Of a stretch of DNA of 64,000 nucleotides, positions 24,789 through 35,841 are shown in pieces; the stretch's first letter is position 1; each line of letters starts with the position of its first letter. Made by a program: the position numbers and the translations under genes. Below the pieces are notes generated by a model. The model was not told where the DNA came from, did not search any database, and worked only from the letters and a program-made list of their open reading frames with translations. The DNA lies in NCBI RefSeq assembly GCF_964194025.1, contig NC_134471.1, positions 37,758,001 to 37,822,000 on the forward strand. The letters are read 5' to 3'. Source of the DNA: Convolutriloba macropyga (Eukaryota).

Positions 24789-25229
24789 ATGGATTCCTAC
24801 TACGCAAACCAAGCATCATCATTGCCTCACTTTTCCGGTCACTATAGACAAAGAGGTAGCGGTTTTGGAGCATTAGCTAGCGGTATTGGACGTGTTGCAC
24901 TGCCACTTGCTCGGAAGTTTGTTCTGCCAGCAGCTAAACGCAACGGAAAAGAACTGTTGCTACTAGGCGTCCCTGAGTTGATGGATGTTATCGGTAAAAA
25001 GAAATCACCAAAGCAAGCTCTAAAGAGCACCATATCAAACACAGTGAAAAAACAAACAGGTGGATCTTTAGCCCTCCGAATGCGACGAACGAGAAGAATA
25101 AGAAGGAATTGAAAACGCTTACGCGCTGGACCAAGGAAAACAACCAAACGCAAAACCACCATTTCACGAAAAAGAGTACCAAAAAGAAGTCGGTCGGACT
25201 TCTTCGCCAAAGTAAAAGATGATCGGTAA
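24789..25229 (+). pseudogene. Basic core/membrane-active virion protein (YY..Q..QRGSG family), premature TGA at 25110
   Basis: QRGSG and QTGG adenain-like sites; R/K-rich tail continues past the stop to RSRSDFFAKV, matching the intact 62414-62863 homolog. Confidence 0.82.
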
Positions 25230-26528
25230 TATGTTACCAGCCGAAGCAACGCATAGTTCGTTGGATTTATTCGAGGAACCAGCTCTCCTTGTTACATTTG
25301 ATGGAAGTTTTTGTCAGAAATTGGGACCGGTTTACAGCCCTAATGGACCAATGCCAGAGTTTGAAGTTGCAGGAGACCGCAACAATTTCATTGATCTCCA
25401 AAAAATTTTTCTTGAAATCAAGTGCAAGATTGTACAGTCTTCTGATGCTGATTTGAAATATGACAACACTGCTGCTGCAGATGTGACTAAAACAGACTCG
25501 CCATACTTTTGCAACAATGTCCTACATTCACTTTTTTCTGATTGTACAGTATCTGCTAACGGTTTGAAAATTTCAAGTGCCAATGGTAACTATGCCCACA
25601 AAAGTTTCATCGAAACCGAGTTTTCTCACAATAAAGATGCCAAAAGCACGTGGTTGGCATGTCAAGGTTATTCTTATGAAGCAAATCCCGGGGAATTGCA
25701 GCATCCGAAATCACCAGACGAAAAACTTTAGTCAGAGCATCTGCTGAGTGTACATTTTACGGAAAGGTGGCGGTTGACTTCTTTACCTGTGATCGACATC
25801 TTCTCAGTGGTGTAACACTCCGAATCTCTTTTCGGCGATCAATTGACGATTTTTCTTTAATTTCAGATGACGCTGCAAAATCCTACAAAATAAAAATTAC
25901 AGAAGCTAACTTATATGTGCGGAAAATGACGCTGAACGATGATGTTGTGTCAGCAATAGAAAAGACCCTGCTGTCAAGTCCAGCATCCTATCCTTACCTA
26001 GAAACGATTACTAAAACTTTTCTGGCTTCTGCCGGTTTGCAGAGCTGGAAGCAAGAAGATGTTTTTGGCAGAGAACCCATTAGAAGACTCGCCATTTGCT
26101 TAAACACGAACGAAGCTTTCCTCGGAAGCAAGCTGCTTAACCCATTTCACTATAGAAAATTCAATTTGGAACAAATTTGCATTTATCGTAATGGTCTTCC
26201 CGTTGCCGATAGTCCTATTTCAACTGATGATTCAAAACGTGTTTACTTTAACACTATGTCAGATCTAGCCTATATCGACAATGGACATGGAATCAGTCTA
26301 GAAGACTACCCAAATCATTTTATTATGGTTTTCGATCTGACGAGTACTCAGCAGGCGTCTCACGATTTTATTCACCCTGAACTTACAAATTGTTCTGTAT
26401 CAATTGACCTAAAGTTTTCTGCTGCCTTAGTTCATAATGTAGAAATATTCATTATTGGGGAAAAAGCAAGTACCATTTATATTGATTCGGCGCGGAAAGT
26501 TTCAAAGAATCATATTTTAACAAACTAA
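25219..26528 (+). pseudogene. Double-jelly-roll major capsid protein, frameshift near 25700
   Basis: SSLDLF, NNVLHSLFS, YAHKSFIET, EANLYVRK, NPFHY, FDLT motifs typical of Polinton MCP. Confidence 0.92.
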
Positions 26529-26746
26529 TTGACGAAGACAACTTGAACTCTCTAATTCAGAGATGTTCGGAACTCAAATACAATTTTTGTGGAGTTTATG
26601 CGGCTGATAATTTTCCAACCAACTTAACCAACAACAGCTTCATTATAGTCAATATTTCAACGTCTGCATCAATTGGAACCCATTGGATTCTTCTCTGCCA
26701 AAAAGATCAAAAAATTATGGAACTGAACACGGTTTTGTTTGTTTGA
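26528..26746 (+). pseudogene. Adenain-like cysteine protease, C-terminally truncated
   Basis: GVYAAD, FIIVN..S.SIGTHW (catalytic His); no downstream DS.G or catalytic Cys motif. Confidence 0.85.
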
Positions 26747-26939
26747 GAAAGTCTGCTGAGAACTCCGACACGTCGATAAGAACATGGTAATGATTAGTGG
26801 GGTTGTAATCACAGTGGACACTCTCAAAATGCATGCAAAAGGCAAAGTTCTTGAGAGAAGAAAAATTAGGTTTTTCTTCCGATATAAAAATATTTAAAGT
26901 TTTTCTGAAACTGCTTGAAGAAACCCGGAGAACGCTCAT
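26715..26939 (-). pseudogene. Truncated ORF with HUH-like motif (NHYHVLI)
   Basis: ATG start, HxH followed by hydrophobic residues; stop coincides with the protease truncation point. Confidence 0.45.
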
Positions 26940-26972
26940 ACATCGCTTCCACCATTTTCTAATATATTATAA

Positions 26973-27305
26973 TTAGTCTGAATTGTCGTGCTCGTCGTCT
27001 TTTTTAGTTTTACGTCTTTTCGCTGCTGGAGCTTTGTTAGCTTGATCGTTTTCAGTAGCTGTACCTACAGCAGCAGACCGTATTTTTGCTGACCTTTTTG
27101 ACAAAAGCTCAAACTCATCTAAAGTTGGAGCAATTCGTTGTTGAAGTTCATATTCCTTGTCAACTTTTTTAAATAGCTTGAGAAATACATAGGCACCCGT
27201 ATTTTCATAAGACTTCACTGTTGCGCGTATCAATCTTTTCTCTGTTCTAGAGATTTCAAAATACACGTCTCCAAACTCTGCGTCCTTATCAGCAGTAAAT
27301 GGCAT
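26973..27305 (-). CDS. PC4-like single-stranded DNA-binding protein (putative)
   Basis: FEIS..RLIRATVKSY..YVFLKLF..I..TLDEFELL resembles the PC4/Sub1 pattern; basic NLS-like tail. Confidence 0.6.
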   Translation of the reverse strand: MPFTADKDAEFGDVYFEISRTEKRLIRATVKSYENTGAYVFLKLFKKVDKEYELQQRIAPTLDEFELLSKRSAKIRSAAVGTATENDQANKAPAAKRRKTKKDDEHDNSD

Positions 27306-28097
27306 TTTCAAGAATTGTGTACTTAAACTGTGTCAAACTACCTGTTTTGAAAGAATTTTCGGAAATGATTTTTATTTACAAGTACCTTTAACACACAAAA
27401 CACAAACAACACTTTAAATGCTTACTACTGATAAGAGCGCTCTTGGTTAACATTTAGGCTTCTGATTTGAATTTGAATGTAAGTCTAGGTTATAAAACTT
27501 GGCAATTTTGTCAAAATGTAAGACAAAACTCGTGACCCTCACTTAAACTGTTTTATTGCGTTGGTAATAAAGTTTATATTTGGATAAAATTACTCAACAT
27601 AGAGCAGGAACTAGTACAATTTAATGGAAAACAAATGTGACCTCTGGGTGTGTCGATAGATAAGAAAGAACTCACAATTACACAGCAAGCGTTTGATAGA
27701 AGGCTTTAGGCCTTTGATATAACACAGTCTATTCTAAACAAAACTGATTGTAAACTTCTTGCTATTGCATACATTATAAACGTTAGTATACATATCAACA
27801 TAATAAAACTGAAAACTATTGTGTTTAAGTCTGTGTAGATAAGACTTTCTTATACACTTTGCAACTAGTTACAAAAACATAAAATTATAACACAGACAAG
27901 TTCATGTAGAGTAAACATTCACAATTGCAGTTACAACCCTTGACCTGGGTGTGTTAAGTATTCAACAAGTTTCACACACAAGTGTTGCTAATGGTGGTAT
28001 TTGCCGGATTTTATTTATTCGTTTTAAATTCAAGACTATAGTTGTTCAGTTCTGCTCCATTTTAAAGAGAACAAACTGTAAAAGTGCTTTAAAAATA

Positions 28098-28871
28098 ATG
28101 TCTTACCACATTCTTTGCGAGTCTGAAGATTCTTGGGAGCGCAGTATTGTGTATCACACTCAATACGAAAACTACATAGTTTTTATACAGCAGAAGAAAA
28201 ATAGCGAAAAAGGCTGTTGGAGATCAGTTGAACATTGCATCATACCAAAAATGTTCATGAATTTTGTTGCAACACTACCAGATAAATACGTATCTACAGA
28301 AGACGATGGCACAAAAACTGTGCTAACAGCTGGAGGATACAGTGTTCCTCGGAAAATGCCCCCACTTTTCCCCTATGACATTGAGACACTTTCTCCAGAC
28401 ACAAAGAGACTTTTGTACCGATACGATTGTGACTGTGTGCCTATTTTTGAGAATCAACTCGGCCAATTCCAGGCGATTGAAGAACTGGCTCAACTTTGGG
28501 GAATTCAACCTTCGCCAACTTCACCAGCTACTTCACCAATTGGATCACCGGCAACGAACGACCCAAGCCCCATTGTTACGCCGGAAACAACAGATACAAA
28601 ACGAAAAACAGTCATAGCTTCAATCATGGACAAAATGTCTTGGAATATGGGGTCAACCGAGCAGTTCGAACCGAATTTCGATAGTTCTCTTCTTTCAGAG
28701 ACAACTTTTGTGACACCAACGCAGAGTGCAGAGAATGCTACAGTATCCTTCGAAACGTACAGAACCTCAAACAACACAACACCCTTGAATTCAGAGACTC
28801 CCAAAGTATGCAATGCTCCACAGAAAAAACGTGCCAATCGAACACCACTTATAGATATATTTGAGGACTAA
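28098..28871 (+). CDS. Maverick hypothetical protein with S/T/P-rich disordered C-terminus
   Basis: Open ~257 aa from ATG 28098; AATAAA at ~28928. Confidence 0.7.
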   Translation: MSYHILCESEDSWERSIVYHTQYENYIVFIQQKKNSEKGCWRSVEHCIIPKMFMNFVATLPDKYVSTEDDGTKTVLTAGGYSVPRKMPPLFPYDIETLSPDTKRLLYRYDCDCVPIFENQLGQFQAIEELAQLWGIQPSPTSPATSPIGSPATNDPSPIVTPETTDTKRKTVIASIMDKMSWNMGSTEQFEPNFDSSLLSETTFVTPTQSAENATVSFETYRTSNNTTPLNSETPKVCNAPQKKRANRTPLIDIFED

Positions 28872-29179
28872 CCTGAACTCGGAAAACTGAAACTTTTTGA
28901 AACTGTCACCATTTCTATGAACCTCTAAATAAATTGTGTGCTTTAATAATATTTTTTTTTGGTGTGAAAATGTAAAAAAATATCAATTTGCATTTCTAAT
29001 TTTAATTGAACATCATAATATCTCTTTTTTGTTTGGAGAATAAAACGGGAAAGAGAAGGCAGAATCAAAAAGCATTCCGTCAAATTGTTACTTAGTGAAC
29101 GTTGGAAGAAAATCTCATATGTTATAACACAAAAAACACAGCAAGCAAGCAAAGTTCTGTTTAAAACACATATTGAAGA

Positions 29180-30130
29180 ATGAAAGTTTTTGAAACAGTA
29201 AAAAGTCAATTTTCATATGTAGGAATTCTGTAAAAGTGCAAAAATCTCACTACTTAAGTTGTTACAAAAAAATTTTATTTCACTAAACATAGGGTAAAAA
29301 AAGGTTTTTAAATGGTAAAAAGTCAATATTCATATGTAGGAATTCTGTAAAAGTGCAAAAATCTCACTACATAAGTTGTTACAAAAAAATTTTATATTAC
29401 TAACAATAGGGTAAAAAAAGGTTTTTAAATGGTAAAAAGTCAATTTTCATATGTAGGAATTCTGTAAAAGTGCAAAAATCTCACTACATAAGTTGTTACA
29501 AAAAACTTTTATTTTACTAACCATAGGGTAAAAAAAGGTTTTTAAATGGTAAAAAGTCAATTTTCATATGTAGGAATTCTGTAAAAGTGCAAAAATCTCA
29601 CTACTTAAGTTGTTACAAAAAACTTTTATTTTACTAACCATAGGGTAAAAAAAGGTTTTTAAATGGCAAAAAGTCAATTTTCATATGTAGGAATTCTGTA
29701 AAAGTGCAAAAATCTCACTACTTAAGTAGTTACAAAAAACTTTTATTTTACTAACCATAGGGTAAAAAAGGTTTTTAAATGGTAAAAAGTCAATTTTCAT
29801 ATGTAGGAATTCTGTAAAAGTGCAAAAATCTCACTACATAAGTTGTTACAAAAAACTTTTATTTTACTAACCATAGGGTAAAAAAAGGTTTTTAAATGGT
29901 AAAAAGTCAATTTTCATATGTAGGAATTCTGTAAAAGTGCAAAAATCTCACTACTTAAGTTGTTACAAAAAACTTTTATTTTACTAACCATATGGTAAAA
30001 AAAAGGTTTTTAAATGGTAAGAAGTCAATTTTCATATGTAGGAATTCTGTAAAAGTGCAAAAATCTCTCTACTTAAGTAGTTACAAAAAACTTTTATTTT
30101 ATTCATCATATAGTAGAAAAAGGTTTTTAA
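29180..30130. repeat. Internal tandem array, 8 x ~117 bp
   Basis: GAATTC recurs at 29223, 29340, 29457, 29574, 29691, 29807, 29924, 30042. Confidence 0.97.
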
Positions 30131-30964
30131 GCTTCTAAAGAAGTTCATTTTCTGTAAATAGAATGCATTTAGTTATTCCACAACCACATTTATGGTTTTC
30201 ACCAAATGACATTTGGTAAATGTGTTATCAGTACCAGTGGTAAATATCAAATCCTTAATTTCAATTGCTTTCGACCTATCTTTGTCTTATATATAGCTAC
30301 AATTTACTTTTGCACAATGATAAGATAGAGTGTCTTTCATGGAATTACTTTATGTTCACATGAAACACGCTGATAATAGCAGTTTAGAACAATTTTAGTC
30401 AATGGTATAAGAATACTGCCAAGTATTCCAGAAACCTAAAAGTGAAAACTGATTAAAGGTTGAAAATAGAACGGAATTTCGATACAACCCTCGAAGAGTA
30501 GAGAAAGTCTAAAACAACTTTTGTAGAAGAGTATTTTGAACACTTGAACTGTTTCCCGACAGAAAAGAGTATATTGTAAGTATACTGCGTTAGCTATGTT
30601 TCAGTTGTGGTAGATAACAGATATAACTAAAATTACACAATAAACTTTTACCTTGCATGGAAATAATGGAAATGAGTAGTTCTGAAACATGAACACACCG
30701 CTTATTGGTCAAAAGTTAACATGGGTTAAATTTGACCTACACTCCTACCAAGATTTGCGTTCCAAACCTGGCAAATAGTGTCAAAGTGCATGCACACCCT
30801 TATAGGGAAATTTTTCTCGTGTAAAACACATTTTTCAACCAACTAACACTCCTTCTAATTGTACCAGTTAACTGTTGTTACAATTTGACTTCATTTGCTC
30901 AGTCGTTTTCTCAGTAAAGCAGTCAGTTGAATTTTCGAAAGAAAAAAATTGAAAAAACTTAAAA

Positions 30965-33900
30965 ATGACCCAACCGTGTGAAATTTGCGCAAAGGAACTG
31001 GCCGACAAAAGAAGCCTTCGAAGACACAAACAGCGCGTTCATGGAGTTCAACCGGAATTCCCAGCCTTGGAGTGTAGCACTTGTGGTTTTGAGACTCACA
31101 ACATCCTGATAATGAACCAACACACCCGACGGGAGCACGGTGGAAAGTCCAAAATCAGTGTGCCTACTGCACTCTGGTTTTCAAAAACCAGAGTAACTTT
31201 CATCAACATCTGAAGAATGCTCACGGATTGCCTGTTTGGAACAGAGGCCAAAGCAATAATCAAGCAGTACCAGTACAGTCGGCAATTCGAGGTGCTCTGG
31301 AGATCTACGAGATTGAAGGTAATGATCACACTGACGTTTTGTCTTTCATGAACTCTTCGAGGTATCACATCAATGAACATATACGTCAAAAGACCCTCGA
31401 AGGTCCTCAGAAAGTTCAACTTTCTCTAAGCATTACACTCACAAAGGGGATTAATGAAGAAGAAAAACACGTAACAATTTACGCTAACGCTGAAATGCAA
31501 ATTGTGTACACGGATGCTCTCTCCGAAGAGCAGTTCTTTGAGTCCGTGCAGCATATTGTCAACGTGGTTTCAATGTATGCCACAAGTGGAAGTGGTTGGA
31601 TTATTGAAAAGGTAGAAAAACTCGAAATTCGATTTGCAAAATTCAACCCTATTCGGGGATCAACCTATATAGCACTTCCAACTGAACTTAGCGCTCTAAA
31701 ATGTCTGCTCAATATCCGAAACTTTAACGATCCAAACTGTTTCTTGTATTGTTTCACGGCTGCCTACCATTTGCAGGGGAAAGGTTGCCCCCTCACGCAA
31801 CCTGGGGATCGGTACAGCAAAAAAACAAACCCCGCAACATACGCTCGCTCAAACCCTTTCACTCATCAAGCAGTAGGAAATTTCCCGATGCCGATGCCAA
31901 TTGACAAAATAAGCGCGTTTGAAAGATGTAATGAAGTAAAAGTGAACGTTTTTCGATACGAAAAGAAAAGTTTGTATCCTTTCCGAATTTCAAAGCACAA
32001 CTCTGATTTTGTCGTTGATCTCCTACTGATAACTGATGGTGAACGTTATCACTACGTGCTGATAACGGACCTGGTAAACTTAGTTCGAAAAGTGCAAGGG
32101 CGACAGATTGATGCACGCGCAAAAATCTGTCGCAACTGTTTTCATGTTTGCTCGAACAACGAAACGCTTCAAAAACACGAAAAACTTTGCTATCACTTCG
32201 AAACTTGTCAAGTTCTGCTACCTGAGCCGGACAGCAACAGTCTCGCTTTCAAAAAATTTCAAGCAAAAACAGCTCTTCCACTGGTTGTCTATTTTGACCT
32301 AGAGTCAATCATTGTTCCGGTATCATCAGTTGAACAAAACCCACAGACTTCAGGGACTCGTGTGTTGGACAAACACATTCCGAGCGGTTACTGTTATGTA
32401 GCCATTTCACATGGAAGTCCAAATTTGGAGTTCTTCCATCTGTACAGAGGTGAAGATTGCATGCAAGTCTTTGTGAAGCAAATGGAGACACTGGCAAAAG
32501 ATATCTACGAGAAAAAGCAAAAATACAGGTACTTCACAGGAGCAGTTGGACAAGCAAAAGAGCTTGCGACTCACTGTTGGATATGCGAAACTAGTTTTTC
32601 TGCGGACAACGAAAAAGTCTTGGATCACTGCCATTTCTCAAATCAGTTTCTTGGCTGGGCTCACTCAAAGTGTAACCTACAGCGCAGAACACAGAGCTTC
32701 GTCCCCATAAGCGCACACAACTTGTCAGGATATGACTTGCATCATGTTGTAAAGAGTCTACATCACTGCAACTCTAACAATAAATTTTCAATAATACCTC
32801 AAACTGATGAGAATTATATCAGTTTTAGCTTTAAAGTTTGGATCAAAGATATTGTGAACAAAAATCAAAACGTCATACCCATATACGAAGAACTTCGCTT
32901 TATCGATTCTCTTCGCTTCATGCAATCGTCTTTAGATAAACTAGTTCAGTCTTTGCCTGAAGACAGTTTCGATATACTCGATAACCATTTCGAATACTGT
33001 GACCAAAATGATGTGAAACTACTGCACGGTAAAGGATTCTACCCCTACTCCTACATGGACACCTTCAGAAAATTCAAGCTAAAAAAATTGCCGCCTAAGA
33101 AGTGCTGGGTCGACAAACTCAAATCAGGAAAAGTGACAATAACCGAAGCTGACTACGAAAAAGCAAAGCTGATCTTCGAAAAATTTGATTGTAGAAACAT
33201 GGGTGAATATCACGATCTGTACTTGACAGTCGACACCCTACAGCTCGCCTGCTGGTTTGAGCGGCTACGAGCAGTCTGTCTGGACTCGTACAGCTTGGAC
33301 TGTGCTCAATATCTATCAGCACCACACTTAGCGGGCGATGCCTTTCTGAAGATATGTCAACCCGACCTGGAACTTCTCACAGATCGCAACCATCTTGATA
33401 TAGCAGAAGAATTGTTGCGAGGGGGTATGTCCTCGGTATACACAAAAAGACTGTTCACGCCAAACAACAAATATCTGGAACGTTTTGATGACACGCAAAA
33501 ATCAACATATGGTCTCACCATAGATGCTAATAACCTCTATGGTGGGATCATGAAGGATTTCTGCTTGCCACTCAATTCATTCCAGACGGACACAGAAGTG
33601 ACGATTGAACAAATTTTGCAAACTCCAGACGACGCTGAATTTTGACATATCGTCTGCGTCGACTTGGACTACCCCGACTCAATTCACGATGCTCACCAAG
33701 ATTTTCCAATGGCACACACCCGAGAACCTGTAGACAGCATGTGGTTGAGTAGCTATCAGTTGGACCTTTTGGAAGAATATCATCTCCCAAAAGTTTCAAA
33801 GTGCAACAAACTGCTTCAAACACTCTATGATGAGAAGGATTATACACTACACTATGTAACGTTGAAGATTTATGAACGAAACGGCCTTAAAGTTTCAAAA

Positions 33901-35303
33901 CTGCACAATGTGCTCAAGTTCAGACAATCAAAGTGGATGGCAAAGTATATCGAACTGAACACAAGATTGCGGCAAGCAGCAACCAGCAAAATTGCTGAAA
34001 AATTCTTCAAACTCATGAACAACTCTGCTTTTGGAAAGTGTTGTGAAAACATGCGAAATCGAGTTAACGCTTTCCTGGTCCGAGATGAACGAGCTCTCCT
34101 CAACCACAAAGATAAGTTTAACATGAAATCCTTTAAAATTTTTGATGAAAACATGGCAGTTGTGACTACAAGAAAAACGAAAATAAACTGGGTGAAACCT
34201 ACAATAGTTGGTGCTTCAATTCTGGATCTTTCAAAAGCGTTCATGTTTCGATTTCACTACGAGAATATGAAACAGTGGTTCAAGTGTGAACTTTTATACT
34301 CTGATACGGACTCACTTACCTATGCTGTTGATTGTGATGACTTGTATGAGGAGCTAGCACGAGCAGAAGTCAACACAGAATTCGATTTCTCCAACTACCC
34401 TTCTGATAACGCATTGTACAACACAGAAAATCACATGGTAACTCTCAAATTCAAAGACGAACTGGCAGGGGTGGTAATGGAAGAGTTCTGTGGCTTGAAA
34501 CCCAAAATGTATTCAATACAAACGAAGGGTATGTGTAACATTATATTTTATTAAAACAAATTCCAGTTTTGAAACTAACCAAATTCATGGAAGCGTCTTT
34601 TTAATATAACAGAAACATTGAAACCTAGATTAGGAAAGCACATAGATTAAAATAGAAAATAGATTGATTGTAATGTTCTTTCAGACTGTCAGAAGAAAAG
34701 TGCAAAGGGAATAACACATGAGGTGCAAAAGCAACTAAAGCACGAGGTCTTCAAGAGAGTATTGAACAGCGGGGAGATTGTCCGCGTCAAAAATGTGACC
34801 ATCAAATCAGAGAAACATGAGTTGATGACACTGGAACAAAACAGATTTGCGCTTTCGGCCTACTGTGACAAGCGGTTTTACCTTGACCCAATAAACTCCC
34901 TACCATTTGGCCATAACAATATTACAGAATTTGCATTTCACAATGTTATATTAAATGATTCAGATGGGAGTCAGAAAACGAAAGCGACTTGGATTCAATT
35001 TCACAACCAACCCCGGAAAATGTGATATCTGAAAACAATAGTTTTTCTCCCCCCGATCCAGGATTCAATCAACCCGATTATTCAGAAAGTGAGCTTGATC
35101 AAGATATTGTTGACTGGAATGAACCCTACGCAATTTCCCCGCCAGCCCTTGACAGTTCTTTTCTAGAATTGGAAGCAGTTGAAAGCGAAGCAAGCAATAA
35201 TAGTGATATGTCTGATTTATCTTCAAGTAATAGTCTCATAATAGAACCAACACCAAAAGGCAGACGTCTAGTATTATACAATTCAAGCAGTGAAGATAAC
35301 TGA
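30965..35303 (+). pseudogene. polB: Protein-primed family B DNA polymerase (ZnF-TP-vOTU-Exo[EndoVII]-Pol-acidic tail), one intron, disrupted
   Basis: YFDLES, HNLSGYD, DHCH..AH..CNL, IDANNLYG, KLMNNSAFGK, YSDTDS, KSAKGI; frameshift ~31150, TGA 33643-33645, intron 34529-34684, frameshift ~34965. Confidence 0.96.
34529..34684 (+). other. Putative spliceosomal intron in pPolB
   Basis: G|GTATGT donor, ttctttcag| acceptor, AT-rich with in-frame stops; removal gives YSIQTKDCQKKSAKGI. Confidence 0.85.
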
Positions 35304-35427
35304 TAACTTACAATTAGTTGTAGTTGAAGTGCATGGATAAATTATAAAAAGCATTCATATAAACTAAATACAAATTAATGTAAAAATTGAAACTTTATTA
35401 TAAAAAGAAGACAAATAAAAGGTTTCT

Positions 35428-35775
35428 CTAACGCTGTTTTATCGGGATTCCACGACGACTAAGAATAATTTCCATGGGGGAATGACTTTTAACATGGTTA
35501 GTCAAACCATTTTGCTGGGTAAAAACTTTGAAACAAATTTTACACCTTAAAACAGGGTTTTGGATAATTAGAGGGGGCGCAATAACTACTGAATTTTCAC
35601 ACTGGTGGTATCGTGTGTCAATTAAAAGCCAAATTTTCCGATTGCAGTTTTCACATTGATATCTAAAATTGTTGGGGTGTATTTCTTCAAAATGAGTAAA
35701 AAGATCTTTAGAATTTAAAAATTTGGAGCGACACAGAAAGCAGTCCAACAAGCAACGTTTTCGCCTTGGTGGCAT
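35428..35775 (-). CDS. C2H2 zinc-finger protein (3 fingers)
   Basis: CxxC-F-L-H-H patterns; convergent with polB, AATAAA on both strands at ~35393-35420. Confidence 0.85.
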   Translation of the reverse strand: MPPRRKRCLLDCFLCRSKFLNSKDLFTHFEEIHPNNFRYQCENCNRKIWLLIDTRYHQCENSVVIAPPLIIQNPVLRCKICFKVFTQQNGLTNHVKSHSPMEIILSRRGIPIKQR

Positions 35776-35841
35776 TTGGAATTCGTATTCTGGTATTGGG
35801 TGTGTAGGTTCTGTATAACTGTGGGTAAAATGTTGAAATGG

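Noticed and set aside
24842-25249. Antisense ORFs seen in both Mavericks (also 62476-62796)
   Set aside because: Shadow frames of the conserved core-protein gene
29180-30130. CRISPR-like array
   Set aside because: Units are identical end to end with no unique spacers; eukaryotic context with no cas genes
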